From IMG/VR virus record IMGVR_UViG_3300048858_000105, positions 1 to 52,099 of that record: a DNA stretch of 52,099 bases; one strand, given 5' to 3'. Below the pieces are notes generated by a model that saw nothing but the letters and a program-made list of their open reading frames with translations, had not been told where the DNA came from and searched no databases. Below are positions 25,382 through 34,778 of the stretch, one piece after another (positions within the stretch are counted from its first letter, which is position 1; the number at the start of each line of letters is the position of its first letter). This DNA comes from a virus (Duplodnaviria > Caudoviricetes). The translations under genes and the position numbers were made by a program.

Positions 25382-26741
25382 CGTTGAGTCCCCTCATCGC
25401 GGCGACGAGCTGCGAATCCTGGATCGCCTGGGCGTCCCAGTCCCGCATCTTCTCCTGCTGCATCGGCGTGTATCCGAGGTCGTCGCGTGCCTGCTCGATC
25501 GGGAGGATCGAGCGTCCCGACGTGTCGCGAGCCTGAACGAGCTTCACGATCGCGTCGGCCTTCTGCGCGATCGTGGGAGTCGACGGGTCGCGCCACATCG
25601 TCTCGATGTTCTTCGGCCGCGCGTCCTCCGCACGGCCGAGCTCCATGAGCACGAGCCGCTGCACCTGCTCCCACCGCGTGGACAGCGTCTGCTGCTTCCT
25701 CTCGGCTCGCTTCACCAGCTGTGCCTCGGCCGACCGGATCGCGTCCGCCGAAGGGGGGTTGTCGCCCTGGAACAGCAGGTAGTGGCTGGGGAGGCCCAGC
25801 TGCATCGCCACGATCTGCATGAGCAGCTTGATCGTCTCGTGGAAGTTCGTCAGCGCCGCCTCGGGGAACTGCCCGAACTTCGCATCCTTGTTCTCCGTGC
25901 CCCACATGCGGCCGGAGATCATGGAGTACGTGTTGATCGGATTCCCGTTCTCGTCGACGAAGTCCGACTCATCCAGCCCGGTCGCCCAGCGGCGGGGGAG
26001 AGCATGGAACTCTGCGGACACCATCATGTCCGAGGCGATCTTGTTCAGCGCGTCCAGCGGCGACAAGACCGGCTGGAACACGGGACGACCGAGACGCTGG
26101 TCGAACTTCCCCGTGCGCGCCCGACCGAGCACGCGAGGATCGTTCATCAGCGGCACCAGAGCGCAGAGCTTCTGATCGTTGCCGTCGAAGGTCTCGTCCT
26201 CGCGCCAGTCCCCGCGCTCGTAACGCCAGGTGACGCCACCCTCCTGGTGGAGGTACGTCATCCAGCGCGTCTTGTCCGGATCCGTCCACCGCTTGATGCC
26301 GTGACGCACACGCTTGGTCCGCGGGTCGTCCTCGTGGATCGCGTCGAACGGCGACTCGATCGTGATGATCGGGGCGTCGTCGTCGTCCTCACCCGGGCCG
26401 ACCATGGCGTAGCCGCGGCCGAGCGCGAGCGACTCGCGGTGCACCTGCTGGGAGATGAACGGGCCCTCGTTCTCCTGCCACGTCTCCCACAGCTCGTCGT
26501 CCGCCTCTGCGCCGCCAAGCCGGAACCCCTCGATGTCCAGACGGTTCTCGTAGACGTCCACGGCGAACAGGCCGAGGTTCAGGACGATGGGGGAGAGCCG
26601 GTAGCCGAGCTCCTGCTGCAGCACCGGAGCGATGAACCGCAGCGGCTGCTCACCCTCGAAGTACGCGTCGTACCGCTCGAGCGGCTTCCGCTCACGGGAC
26701 AGGAGCCGGGAGAGGCGGAGTGCCTCGTCGAGTTCGGTCAC
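25359..26741 (-). CDS. Portal protein (SPP1 gp6-like)
   Basis: YFEGEQPL, AEFHALPRRW, NPPSADAIRSAE and WRDP.TPT motifs. Confidence 0.95.
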   Translation of the reverse strand: MTELDEALRLSRLLSRERKPLERYDAYFEGEQPLRFIAPVLQQELGYRLSPIVLNLGLFAVDVYENRLDIEGFRLGGAEADDELWETWQENEGPFISQQVHRESLALGRGYAMVGPGEDDDDAPIITIESPFDAIHEDDPRTKRVRHGIKRWTDPDKTRWMTYLHQEGGVTWRYERGDWREDETFDGNDQKLCALVPLMNDPRVLGRARTGKFDQRLGRPVFQPVLSPLDALNKIASDMMVSAEFHALPRRWATGLDESDFVDENGNPINTYSMISGRMWGTENKDAKFGQFPEAALTNFHETIKLLMQIVAMQLGLPSHYLLFQGDNPPSADAIRSAEAQLVKRAERKQQTLSTRWEQVQRLVLMELGRAEDARPKNIETMWRDPSTPTIAQKADAIVKLVQARDTSGRSILPIEQARDDLGYTPMQQEKMRDWDAQAIQDSQLVAAMRGLNDASAGGV

Positions 26742-26754
26742 ACCGCCACCCCCT

Positions 26755-28377
26755 TCACCGCCAGACGCGGACCTTCGCTCGTGGTTTCACCGGCACCCAG
26801 CCGGCGGCGATCGCGTCCGCGCGCGCCTCGTACGCGAGGGCGGCTCCGACGACCGAGTCGATCTTGCGGTTGCTGTTTGGGTTCTCCTTGCGCACCAGCC
26901 GGTGCGGACCCCGCCTCGCGACGTACGCGTTCCGGAAGTGCTCCATGAAGGTCGGATCGCCGGAATGCCAGACCTGGAACGTGCGCAGGTCGATGTGTAG
27001 CCGATCGAGCGCCGCAGCTATGGGGACGTACCGTGATGTCGCCCATGGGATGACCCGCTCCTCGCCGAACTCGCTGACCAGATCGTCGATGTCCGATCGC
27101 CACTCGTGCGGGTCGGCGTACATGCGCGACACCGTGTAGCGCTCGAACGCCTCGCGGATCGTGGCGAGTACGTCCGACCTCGGCACTTCCCACCAGTTCC
27201 CCGCGGGTCCCTCGGGCTTCGACCAGATGCCGACAGGGAACAGGAAGCCGTCCGACATGCGCGAGCCGATCAGCACCGTCGAGTCGTCGTTCAGCGAACC
27301 GTCGAAGCCGAGCGCGATCGCCGTTCCCGGCTCAAGGACGAGCGGAGGCCGCTCCCGCGGATCGCCAGCATCAGCCGGGACCGAGGCGTCCATCCGCTCG
27401 ACCACCGCAACGGGGATCCACGCATCACGCGACGACAGGGGCCGGTTCAGGTAATACCGGGCCGCCGTCTCCTCGTCGGGACAGATCCGCGGGTCGTTCA
27501 TGTCGCGCCACTTGCGCTCCATGTCCTGCCACGCTGCGGACGCCCCGTAGACGTACTCGAGCTGCTTGACCGTGTGGTCGTGATCCTTGATGTCGATCCG
27601 GCCCTTGGCCTCCCGGTGGTCGACGTAGACCCGGGCGGACAGCTCCTTCTTGCGCCAAGCGGTCAGCGTCGTCTCGAAGACGCTCTCCTCGCCAGGCCGG
27701 TACGCCGTCGACGTCTGCAGCATCCACGGCTCAGCGATCTTCCGCTTCGACAGGTTGCGCGACACGGTCGCGTACATCTGCCGCAGCTCGTTCAGGATGT
27801 ACAGGTGCGTCTCGTCCGCGACGGCGAACGTCTCCTTGCCGCCGTCCTTCGACGCGGCGCCCGACGTCGTCGCGCGGATCTCCCCGCCATCGGGCAGGTA
27901 GATCGCCGTCGCCGACTGGTACTGCCGAACGCCCGCCGAACCGCCGTAGATCTCGGGGTGATTCTCCTTGCCCCACTCCACGATGTACGCGACGTTCTCG
28001 AACGTGTTGCCGGCCTGCGACTCCTCCGTCGCCATGCACTTGATCAGCGGGGTCCGCACCCGGCGCCCGACCGGCTGACCGTCCTCATCCCAGTGGGAGA
28101 ACCGGACTGGGCCGTACGCCTCGCACACCGCGATGAACCCGGCGATCTCCGACTTCGCCCGACCCTTCGCACGGGACAGCACCGCCTCGTCGTACTCCCG
28201 CTGACCCGTCTCAGGGTTCAGCCGGTAGCACTCGATGATGAAGTCACGCATCTCGTAGTCGAGCTCAACGGGCTCGCCCTGGACGTCACCGGGCCCATGC
28301 ACCATGTACGACTCGATGAAGTCGATCAGCTCGTAGCCCAGAGAGCAGACATGCCCCTCGAACAGAGGCCGGAACAT
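26755..28377 (-). CDS. terL: Terminase large subunit
   Basis: RAKGRAKS Walker A variant, VADETH Walker B, LGFDGS and KID nuclease motifs; likely start 28377. Confidence 0.95.
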   Translation of the reverse strand: MFRPLFEGHVCSLGYELIDFIESYMVHGPGDVQGEPVELDYEMRDFIIECYRLNPETGQREYDEAVLSRAKGRAKSEIAGFIAVCEAYGPVRFSHWDEDGQPVGRRVRTPLIKCMATEESQAGNTFENVAYIVEWGKENHPEIYGGSAGVRQYQSATAIYLPDGGEIRATTSGAASKDGGKETFAVADETHLYILNELRQMYATVSRNLSKRKIAEPWMLQTSTAYRPGEESVFETTLTAWRKKELSARVYVDHREAKGRIDIKDHDHTVKQLEYVYGASAAWQDMERKWRDMNDPRICPDEETAARYYLNRPLSSRDAWIPVAVVERMDASVPADAGDPRERPPLVLEPGTAIALGFDGSLNDDSTVLIGSRMSDGFLFPVGIWSKPEGPAGNWWEVPRSDVLATIREAFERYTVSRMYADPHEWRSDIDDLVSEFGEERVIPWATSRYVPIAAALDRLHIDLRTFQVWHSGDPTFMEHFRNAYVARRGPHRLVRKENPNSNRKIDSVVGAALAYEARADAIAAGWVPVKPRAKVRVWR

Positions 28378-28793
28378 CAGGCCCCCTGTGCGCGCTGCCG
28401 GGCAGCCTCGATCGCAGTCACCCGCCCGGACTTCGCCGTCGACGCATATGCACCGCGGGCGCCGCCACGCTGCTGCGGGCGCTTGCCAGTCGCCTGATCC
28501 GGAAGCCGGAGCGCGGCGAGCAGCTGCTTCATCAGGTTCGCCGTCGCATTCGCCTGCGTCAGCGCCGCGTCGATCTTGAGCTCGTAGTCCTCCGTCTGCA
28601 GCCGGTGGGTGAGATGCGCCCACGTGTCGACGTCACCGCGCAGCAGCTCATCGAGCTTGTCCAGGCGATCCTTCGCGCGGCACGCCTCGGCCAGGGTCAC
28701 CAGCTGGGCCGCATCGAGGTCATGCGAATCCGCGATCGCGTCCCACAGCGAACGGCCCCCAGGCCCCAAGCCAGACGGACGCTTCACGGCCAC
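28377..28793 (-). CDS. terS: Terminase small subunit
   Basis: P.GL...GR.LW...L.EACR..DRLD.L...LLAALRLPD pattern; coupled to terL. Confidence 0.85.
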   Translation of the reverse strand: MAVKRPSGLGPGGRSLWDAIADSHDLDAAQLVTLAEACRAKDRLDKLDELLRGDVDTWAHLTHRLQTEDYELKIDAALTQANATANLMKQLLAALRLPDQATGKRPQQRGGARGAYASTAKSGRVTAIEAARQRAQGA

Positions 28794-28839
28794 GGCACAC
28801 CCCCTCAGGAGGAAATTTCAGGTCTCTGGACTGCGAGGC

Positions 28840-28895
28840 ACCTCCCCGGCGGTCCGGAGGCGGTGGGTCGTTGGGGGCATCCCCCCACCCCGCGA
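28840..28895 (-). other. Possible cos/packaging-site region
   Basis: G/C-run segment (GGGGTGGGGGG...CCCCC...ACCGCCGGGGAGG) upstream of terS, in an HNH-terS-terL layout typical of cos phages. Inferred from position only. Confidence 0.4.
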
Positions 28896-28918
28896 GCGAG
28901 GCTCGTACGCTCGGTGTC

Positions 28919-29809
28919 GTGACGAGTGATCGTGGTACGGGTCAGAGTGAAGGTGGCGCCTCCAAAGCGAAGCGCGGGGTCGGGAGCGGGTTCCTCAGCG
29001 TCAGACTGCCCGGGTTGCAAGGCTCACTGCCTGCCGGCCACTCGGTCCTGAATCGGATTGTGGCTCGGGCATCCGCATCGGCGCAGGCATCTGTCGACTC
29101 TCTGCTGGATTCTGTTACGCGTGAGTGGCGCACTTCGGTTCAGTTCGAGGTGTTCTCGCGCGAGTTGTCCGGTCTTGCCCGGAACATCAGGCGCAAGTTC
29201 CTTCCCGCGAATTGGCACGAGGTGAAGCTCCCGAAGGTGGGCGTCCTTCGGTCTCTGGTGCTCGATGAGGGATTGCCCCTTGCATGGACCGTTCCGCCCG
29301 CGGTGCTTCAGCGGATCCTCGATGCTCCTTCTCCCGCCCGCCGTCGCGGCATCATCGGCGAGTCGTGGGGGGCGATCTTGCAGCACTGTCGCTCAGAACT
29401 CGATCATCTGACGTCGCGGGAAGGTCGTCAGTACGCCTACTTCATCAGCGCATCCATCACGTCGATCGAGTCCGGTCACCGAGAAGCGGGTCAGGCTCTC
29501 GCTGCCAACACGCTGGACACCATCATGACGAGGTATGGCTTCAGCTACCAGAAGAGCAAGAGCACTCCGGACGTCAGCGACCTCGGAATGGTTGACACGC
29601 TCGTCTTGGGCGCGCTCTGGGCGGCGTACCGACAGTTCTGGGGACGCACCCCCGACGCTGTCGTACCGCAGGTATTCCTCAGGCATGCGACTGCTCATGG
29701 AGTCTCACGCCGTCAGTACAGCCTCCGGAACGCAACGCTGGCGGTGATGCACCTCATGGCGGTCGCCCGATGGTGCGAGGTGCACGGTTGGCAGGATCAG
29801 CGGCTGTAA
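28919..29809 (+). CDS. Moron with a C-terminal HEPN-like RxxxxH motif
   Basis: Helical protein with FLRHATAHG...Y...N near the C-terminus; opposite strand; TACGCT 7 nt upstream of GTG 28919. Confidence 0.7.
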   Translation: MTSDRGTGQSEGGASKAKRGVGSGFLSVRLPGLQGSLPAGHSVLNRIVARASASAQASVDSLLDSVTREWRTSVQFEVFSRELSGLARNIRRKFLPANWHEVKLPKVGVLRSLVLDEGLPLAWTVPPAVLQRILDAPSPARRRGIIGESWGAILQHCRSELDHLTSREGRQYAYFISASITSIESGHREAGQALAANTLDTIMTRYGFSYQKSKSTPDVSDLGMVDTLVLGALWAAYRQFWGRTPDAVVPQVFLRHATAHGVSRRQYSLRNATLAVMHLMAVARWCEVHGWQDQRL

Positions 29810-30114
29810 TGCGCTCTCACGCCGCCTGCTGACCGATTGCAGCGCGCATGCTCCGGGCCTGAGTACCTCGACCGGTCGTGGTCGTCGTGACCGAGGTCCC
29901 ATGCGTCGGTGGGGGATATGCGCTCGCCGCAGCGTGGGCATCGGACTCGACCGGTCGCGACCTTCGGCGCCCAGCGTGCGCGGAGCCTGTCGTGTGCGGC
30001 GTCGTAGCCGCGGGCTTGGCGTGTGCCGCGGGCTCGCTCACATTCGCGGCGGTGCTCGGTGCAGCGGCCGCGGTCCACGAGGGTGGGGCATCCGGGCTCG
30101 GAGCAGACGCGCAT
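29797..30114 (-). CDS. HNH-type endonuclease (terminase-associated)
   Basis: CxxxGC, RGY, CPRCG, WDLGH and PEHARCNR motifs. Confidence 0.85.
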   Translation of the reverse strand: MRVCSEPGCPTLVDRGRCTEHRRECERARGTRQARGYDAAHDRLRARWAPKVATGRVRCPRCGERISPTDAWDLGHDDHDRSRYSGPEHARCNRSAGGVRAHYSR

Positions 30115-30218
30115 CAGGCGTCGCCGAGGCTGAACAGCCACCACATGGTGCGTCGCCAGGTGTGTTGCCAGACGAGGACGATCGTGCCTCCGGCGATGAC
30201 GCCGAAGAGGAGCTTCAT
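30114..30218 (-). CDS. Small membrane peptide (34 aa)
   Basis: MKLLFGVIAGGTIVLVWQH...; start and stop both coupled to neighbouring genes. Confidence 0.55.
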   Translation of the reverse strand: MKLLFGVIAGGTIVLVWQHTWRRTMWWLFSLGDA

Positions 30219-30421
30219 GCTTGCTCCGTGTACAGCTCGCGGGTCGGGTCCCACATGGCGTCATTCTTGCGGCGTGAGCCGATCTGGTAGGCGCGGCACC
30301 GTTCGCACTGGCTGGTCTCGCAGCCGGTGTCGCAGTGAGTGCAGGTGATGACCTTGCGGGACGGGTGCGGGTACATGACCTCGCCGCAGGCGCAGCGGGT
30401 GCCGGCTCGGAGCGCGGTCAT
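30215..30421 (-). CDS. Small Cys-rich protein
   Basis: Multiple CxxC motifs; ATGA coupling. Confidence 0.65.
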   Translation of the reverse strand: MTALRAGTRCACGEVMYPHPSRKVITCTHCDTGCETSQCERCRAYQIGSRRKNDAMWDPTRELYTEQA

Positions 30422-30513
30422 CGTTCCTCCCATGCGGGGTCGCAGCACTCGGCGGCTGCGAGGGCTGAGGAGTATTCGGATGTGCAGGTTTCGCACGCGT
30501 GCATGCCGCTCAT
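30418..30513 (-). CDS. Small Cys-containing peptide (31 aa)
   Basis: CETC...Y.S..AA.ECC; coupled on both sides. Confidence 0.55.
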   Translation of the reverse strand: MSGMHACETCTSEYSSALAAAECCDPAWEER

Positions 30514-30668
30514 CGGCTTGGCCTCGCGAGCAGGCGGGCGATGATCTCCGGTCCGGTGATCAGGCCGAGGCCGGTGTGCCCGTCCATCCAGGGCCGGGTC
30601 GGCTTCTTGACCTTGCGCTCGTGGCGGATGCCGGCGCGCTTGCGGGCCTTGCGAGCGGCGGTGCTCAT
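30510..30668 (-). CDS. Small basic protein (52 aa)
   Basis: MSTAARKARKRAG; RBS GGAGG. Confidence 0.6.
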   Translation of the reverse strand: MSTAARKARKRAGIRHERKVKKPTRPWMDGHTGLGLITGPEIIARLLARPSR

Positions 30669-30686
30669 GGCTGGCCTCCGGGCATG

Positions 30687-30714
30687 AGAAAAGCCCCGGC
30701 GCATGCCAGGGCTT
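30687..30714 (-). terminator. Intrinsic terminator in front of the late genes
   Basis: AAGCCCTGGC-ATGC-GCCGGGGCTT followed by TTCT. Confidence 0.65.
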
Positions 30715-30949
30715 CGAAGGTGGTGGGTGAGCATGGTGCGGCGGCTGGTGCCGGGGCGCGTGTGCGGGCTGGTTACCGCGCGTCCGAGCGTTCCAGTACC
30801 CGCCGCACCATGCCGGGATGCGCGCCTCGGCTTGACCCGGCTCGCGCGTGTGAAGTTGAGGATCCCCGGATCCCGTTTGCCGCGTGCGGTGCGGCTCTCT
30901 ACCCGACCACGCCACCTGTCAAGCGACCGTCGAGGAGTCTGGGTACGAC

Positions 30950-30988
30950 GAAGCCCCGGTGACCCTCGTGGAGAGGGGCCGGGGCTTC
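30950..30988 (-). terminator. Hairpin at the end of the early operon
   Basis: GAAGCCCCGG / CCGGGGCTTC arms with an inner CCCTC/GAGGG stem. Confidence 0.55.
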
Positions 30989-31042
30989 ATCTGGACAGAG
31001 TTGTCCTGCGGTTCCAGTATGCGGGTTTTCGCGGATTTCGCG

Positions 31043-31288
31043 CTACATCGTGTTGCGGCGTGTCGCCGGATTGCTCGTGTCGCCCTTCCGTGGGCGGCCG
31101 GGCCGCACGTCCGACTCGATGCGGAGCACCGCCTTCAGCAGCACCTCCGTTCGCCGCTTGCTCTTGTTGTAGCGGGTGGCGAGCTTGTTCGACTCGATCC
31201 ACCGGTAGATCTGCGATACGTGCCGTTCGACCGCGTCGGCGGCGACCTTGATCGGCACCCATTCGCGCATTTCTTCGTCGTCGATCAC
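31043..31288 (-). CDS. Small HTH DNA-binding protein, candidate late regulator
   Basis: WVPIKVAADAVERHVSQIYRWI (MerR/Xis-like HTH) and RPGRPRK; last gene of the early operon. Confidence 0.75.
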   Translation of the reverse strand: MIDDEEMREWVPIKVAADAVERHVSQIYRWIESNKLATRYNKSKRRTEVLLKAVLRIESDVRPGRPRKGDTSNPATRRNTM

Positions 31289-31407
31289 GGGTGCTCCTTC
31301 GGGTGGGCGTGGCGGCGGTGGGCTTCGAGTGCCTCGGCGATGATCTCCGGATCGAACGGGCGGCACGACCACCCGCAGGCGCACTCGATCGGCGGTTGCT
31401 CAGACAT
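31285..31407 (-). CDS. Small zinc-finger peptide
   Basis: CACGW...H...H; coupled. Confidence 0.55.
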   Translation of the reverse strand: MSEQPPIECACGWSCRPFDPEIIAEALEAHRRHAHPKEHP

Positions 31408-31735
31408 CGACACCACCGTCGGCAGGCACCGGCTCCCACGCGCCAGCCCGGGTAGCGCGGCGACGTCGTTCGATACCGGCCGTGGGTGCGTGCCGGCGCA
31501 GTTGCTCGATGTCCGCGTAGGTGTGGAGGTCGCCTGGCAGGCGGTACTCCCACTCCGTGTCGTCCTCGGTGAGAGCGGCTTCCAGGACGGCACGCGCACG
31601 GTCACCGAAGACGCCTCGAGTGATCCGGCCCACCTCTCCCCACGTGATTGTCCGCAGGTTCTTCGATGGCGTGGCCTCCCACATCGCTCTCGCCGCCCGC
31701 TCGACCATCTCGTCGGTGATCTTCGTCTGACTCAT
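31400..31735 (-). CDS. Phage hypothetical protein
   Basis: ITDEMVERAARA...ARAVLEAAL, a common actinophage motif. Confidence 0.75.
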   Translation of the reverse strand: MSQTKITDEMVERAARAMWEATPSKNLRTITWGEVGRITRGVFGDRARAVLEAALTEDDTEWEYRLPGDLHTYADIEQLRRHAPTAGIERRRRATRAGAWEPVPADGGVDV

Positions 31736-31992
31736 GACCGCTCCGGCTCCTGGGTGATGTCGTAGATGCAGAGCGTGTCCAGGAGCCAGTCGGCGTCCAT
31801 GAGCACGCGGTTGATGTGGGACCCGCACGCGAAGTAGCGGATCGTCACGTCAGCGAAAGTGCACTCGTCCCCGACCTCCCCGACCGCCCAGCGTGCGAAC
31901 GCTTCGCAGCGGTCGCACTTCGGGTAGTGCGGGTTCGGGTCGTCGACCGATGACCATGCCCACTTCGGTTTCCGCTCGTCGGTGATCTTCAC
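31732..31992 (-). CDS. Hypothetical Cys-containing protein
   Basis: GTGA/ATGA coupling; CDRC...CGSH. Confidence 0.65.
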   Translation of the reverse strand: MKITDERKPKWAWSSVDDPNPHYPKCDRCEAFARWAVGEVGDECTFADVTIRYFACGSHINRVLMDADWLLDTLCIYDITQEPERS

Positions 31993-32468
31993 GACTCGCT
32001 CCCCTCGGAGAACCCGGCCTTCATCGCGCGGAACGCAAGCGACTGCACAACCTGCTGCGGAAGTGGCTCCGGATGCGGGCGGACACGGGCCTTCTTGACC
32101 ACCGAGACTCGGCCGTCCTCGTCCACGGTCCACACGCCGCAGTCCCACGTGTCGAGCTGGTGCAGCCGGTAGTTGCCGCCGATCTTCTCGTGCAGCTCCT
32201 TCGGGACCGCGTAGACGAACCGGTGGGTGACGGCGGCCCAAGGAGCGCGCTTCCGGTAGGTGTCGCGCTTCCAGTCCGCGAGCGTCACCTTCACCTCGAT
32301 CGCCGTTCGCTGCAAGCTCTTGAACATCAACGCGTCGATCCGCCTAGTGGGTTTGGACTCCGCGGTGCGCTCGTCCCACAGGTGGTCGCCGATCACCACC
32401 TCCGGCACCACCGCCGCGTCGAGATGCGCGCGACGGATCGCGTCGAGGACGAACTTCGCGTCCATCAC
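31989..32468 (-). CDS. PD-(D/E)XK nuclease-like protein (MmcB-like)
   Basis: EV...RRIDAL...AIEVKV..ADW..D motif. Confidence 0.8.
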   Translation of the reverse strand: MMDAKFVLDAIRRAHLDAAVVPEVVIGDHLWDERTAESKPTRRIDALMFKSLQRTAIEVKVTLADWKRDTYRKRAPWAAVTHRFVYAVPKELHEKIGGNYRLHQLDTWDCGVWTVDEDGRVSVVKKARVRPHPEPLPQQVVQSLAFRAMKAGFSEGSES

Positions 32469-33052
32469 TCGCTCCTCTCTCGGATGTCGAGCGGCTCGAG
32501 GTAGTCGATCGGTCGTCGCAGACGCTCGGCGTAATCGATCTCGCCACGCGTGCTCTCGCCGATGTAGCCACCGACGTTCAGCACGAGCACCCGGTCAGCG
32601 AGGTCGATCTTCCGCTTGTGGAGCTCGTCCAGCGCGACCTTCTCGGCGGAGTCGTGTCCCACCCCCTCGCCGTGGCCGTGCTTCGCCTTCGCGTGCGGGT
32701 AGAAGCCGACCGAGAGGACGATCTTCCCGTCCATCGTCAGGTCGTAGTTCGCCTGCTGGAACTCGTCGTAGAACCGGGTCGATCCGCAGAGGACGACGAC
32801 CTCGGGGCGCGCCACTGCTTCCCTTGTGGCGGGTGTGGCTGCGGGGCGCGTGCGGTGCTGGAACCAGCGGAGGGCGATGCGGGCGTACAGGCGCGCAGCA
32901 GCGACGTAGCCCTCGGCGTACGCCGCCCGGTCGCGCATCGCGCGCTCAAACGCCGCGTTGTACGGCAGTCGAGCGGGGTATCGCTTGACAGCCGCGGCCT
33001 GCGCCTTCCTCTCGATGAGGCCGAGCGTGGGCTTCACGTCGGTGTCAGTCAT
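32465..33052 (-). CDS. Nucleoside-deoxyribosyltransferase-like (DUF4406-type fold) protein
   Basis: LCGSTRF...LHKRKIDLAD.V.V.N..GYIGEST..EI.YA. Confidence 0.7.
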   Translation of the reverse strand: MTDTDVKPTLGLIERKAQAAAVKRYPARLPYNAAFERAMRDRAAYAEGYVAAARLYARIALRWFQHRTRPAATPATREAVARPEVVVLCGSTRFYDEFQQANYDLTMDGKIVLSVGFYPHAKAKHGHGEGVGHDSAEKVALDELHKRKIDLADRVLVLNVGGYIGESTRGEIDYAERLRRPIDYLEPLDIRERSE

Positions 33053-33174
33053 GTCGTTCCTTCCGGTTCGTGGCACCCGCAGGTGCAGTCCGTGAAATCA
33101 GACGAAGTGCCCGGGAGGACAAGCCACCCCGGGCACTTCGTGTGTTCGTGACCCAGACACTCAGGTCCGGTCAC
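33049..33174 (-). CDS. Small Cys/His-rich peptide
   Basis: C..H.H..C.G...CTCGCH; coupled. Confidence 0.55.
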   Translation of the reverse strand: MTGPECLGHEHTKCPGWLVLPGTSSDFTDCTCGCHEPEGTT

Positions 33175-33836
33175 GCTGGCCTCTTGCTCACTTTCCGGAC
33201 GGGGTTCTCCGCCCGGTGGATGACGGCAAGGCGCTCCTCGCCGTCCGCGTTGCGTTCGCCTTCGCGGATTTCGTGACCGCACGCCTGGCACGCCACGACC
33301 ACCGGAAAGCCGACCGCATCCGGCGGCAGGCGGACCAACGTCCGCTGCCCGCACTCCGGCCGCGGGCACCGCACACGACGCAGCTTCCGAGGCTTCTCCT
33401 CGATCGGATGGGCCCGGTAGGCGGCATCCGCTGCGCGCGTGAAGCGCACCGCGTCCGCGGCGCCCGTCACGGTGCTCACCCACTCGGTGAGGTCGCCATG
33501 AGCGAGCCCCGACCGGAGGAACGAGAACGCCTCATCCAGCGCCAGGTAGGTGCCCGGCAGCGGGACGTACCCGACCGGGCGGGAGCCGCCGCCGCCCTGC
33601 GGGCTGACCATGCGGTCGTGCCCGTAGACGGCGTGAGCGAACTCGTCCCATCGGGAGTAGGCATGCTCGAGCCGGTGCCAGCAGCTCTCGCACAGGTGCC
33701 CGATCTGCGCTTGGCGGGGGAAGCATCCACTGCAGGCGCTGTCCTCGTCATCCTGGTGCTCGCACGTGTCGAAGTGCTCGCCCCGCGCGGTGCACGTCTT
33801 CACGTCGTCCATCTCCGACGTGATGCACAGCGTCAC
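33171..33836 (-). CDS. Zinc-finger protein
   Basis: Several CxxC pairs at both ends. Confidence 0.75.
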   Translation of the reverse strand: MTLCITSEMDDVKTCTARGEHFDTCEHQDDEDSACSGCFPRQAQIGHLCESCWHRLEHAYSRWDEFAHAVYGHDRMVSPQGGGGSRPVGYVPLPGTYLALDEAFSFLRSGLAHGDLTEWVSTVTGAADAVRFTRAADAAYRAHPIEEKPRKLRRVRCPRPECGQRTLVRLPPDAVGFPVVVACQACGHEIREGERNADGEERLAVIHRAENPVRKVSKRPA

Positions 33837-34135
33837 TCGGCGCCTCCGTTCGCGATCTCAAGCAGCACGTCCGCATGGCACGGCTGATCCAGCGGGCACC
33901 AGCACGCCAGGTTCTTCTCCGCGAGCTCGGTGCGCACGGCTTGGACATATCCGGGGTTTTCCGCACACAGCGTCCGGAACGCCGCGACCAGTTCGGCGTT
34001 CGACTGTACTGGGACGCTGCACCACAGGTCACCGCGCTTGATCGGATTGCCCCACTTCGACGGCCTCGCTACGACCACCGTGTTCTCCGGCTTCCGCCAG
34101 CCCTTCTTCCTGGACAGTTGGATCCGCTCAGGCAT
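33833..34135 (-). CDS. DUF4326-family protein
   Basis: RIQLSRKKGWRKP...RPSKWGNP...NLACWCPLDQPCHADVLL. Confidence 0.9.
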   Translation of the reverse strand: MPERIQLSRKKGWRKPENTVVVARPSKWGNPIKRGDLWCSVPVQSNAELVAAFRTLCAENPGYVQAVRTELAEKNLACWCPLDQPCHADVLLEIANGGAE

Positions 34136-34778
34136 CGGATTCATCCCTTCGTCGATCGGTGATGCTGACGACGACCGCGAGCCGCTGCTCTGGCGGCTCG
34201 GCGACTTTGTCGCCAGGCGTGTAGTCCTTGTCCGCCCACGCATAGAGCGGCTCGATCCCCGAGGTGAAGTACCGCAGCAGCAACCCGCCGCTGTTCGGCT
34301 TCGGCTTCGGCTCCCCGTTGTCCCGCCAGGCCTGCCATGCCGCCTTGATATGCGCGTTCGCCTGCTGTTGGTGCCGCCGGTCGTTGCACGAACCAACGTG
34401 CGAGCGCTCGCCCGTCAGCGGGTTCGGGATCGTCGTCTGCATGCTGGTGCGCCGCTTGCACGGCGCACCAGCTGGACGCAGCATCGTTCCCAGACAGGTG
34501 GCGGGGCGAGAGAAGTCGACCCTGTACTTGGGCACGTCCTCCCGGATCATGTGCCGGAGGGGCCCCGTGAGCTCCTCGATCGTCCCCTCGCGCCCACACA
34601 TCCGCAGGGCGCGATACGCCCAGTGCTCGCGCCTGAACGTCTTGAGCTCGTGGCGCTCCGGCTTGGTCTCCCAGAGGTGCACCCCGGCGAGGACGAACAG
34701 CTTCAAGTCCCGCGAGAGATCCCGGTCGGCGAAGATGTCTTCCCGGATCTCTGCGGCACGGTCAGAACGGTGTGTCAT
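34128..34778 (-). CDS. Hypothetical protein
   Basis: Protein-like ORF starting MTHRSDR, in the operon. Confidence 0.65.
   Translation of the reverse strand: MTHRSDRAAEIREDIFADRDLSRDLKLFVLAGVHLWETKPERHELKTFRREHWAYRALRMCGREGTIEELTGPLRHMIREDVPKYRVDFSRPATCLGTMLRPAGAPCKRRTSMQTTIPNPLTGERSHVGSCNDRRHQQQANAHIKAAWQAWRDNGEPKPKPNSGGLLLRYFTSGIEPLYAWADKDYTPGDKVAEPPEQRLAVVVSITDRRRDESDA

Noticed and set aside
6251-28497. Long alternative ORFs (e.g. 6251..7981+, 9597..11258+, 14421..16844+, 25203..26948+, most of 7561..10092-)
   Set aside because: They are Arg/Gly/Pro-rich shadow frames overlapping clear phage genes, as expected in high-GC DNA.
30896-30922. Sigma-70 promoter from TTGACA on the minus strand
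   Set aside because: The -35 is perfect, but no acceptable TANNNT lies at 16-18 nt spacing.
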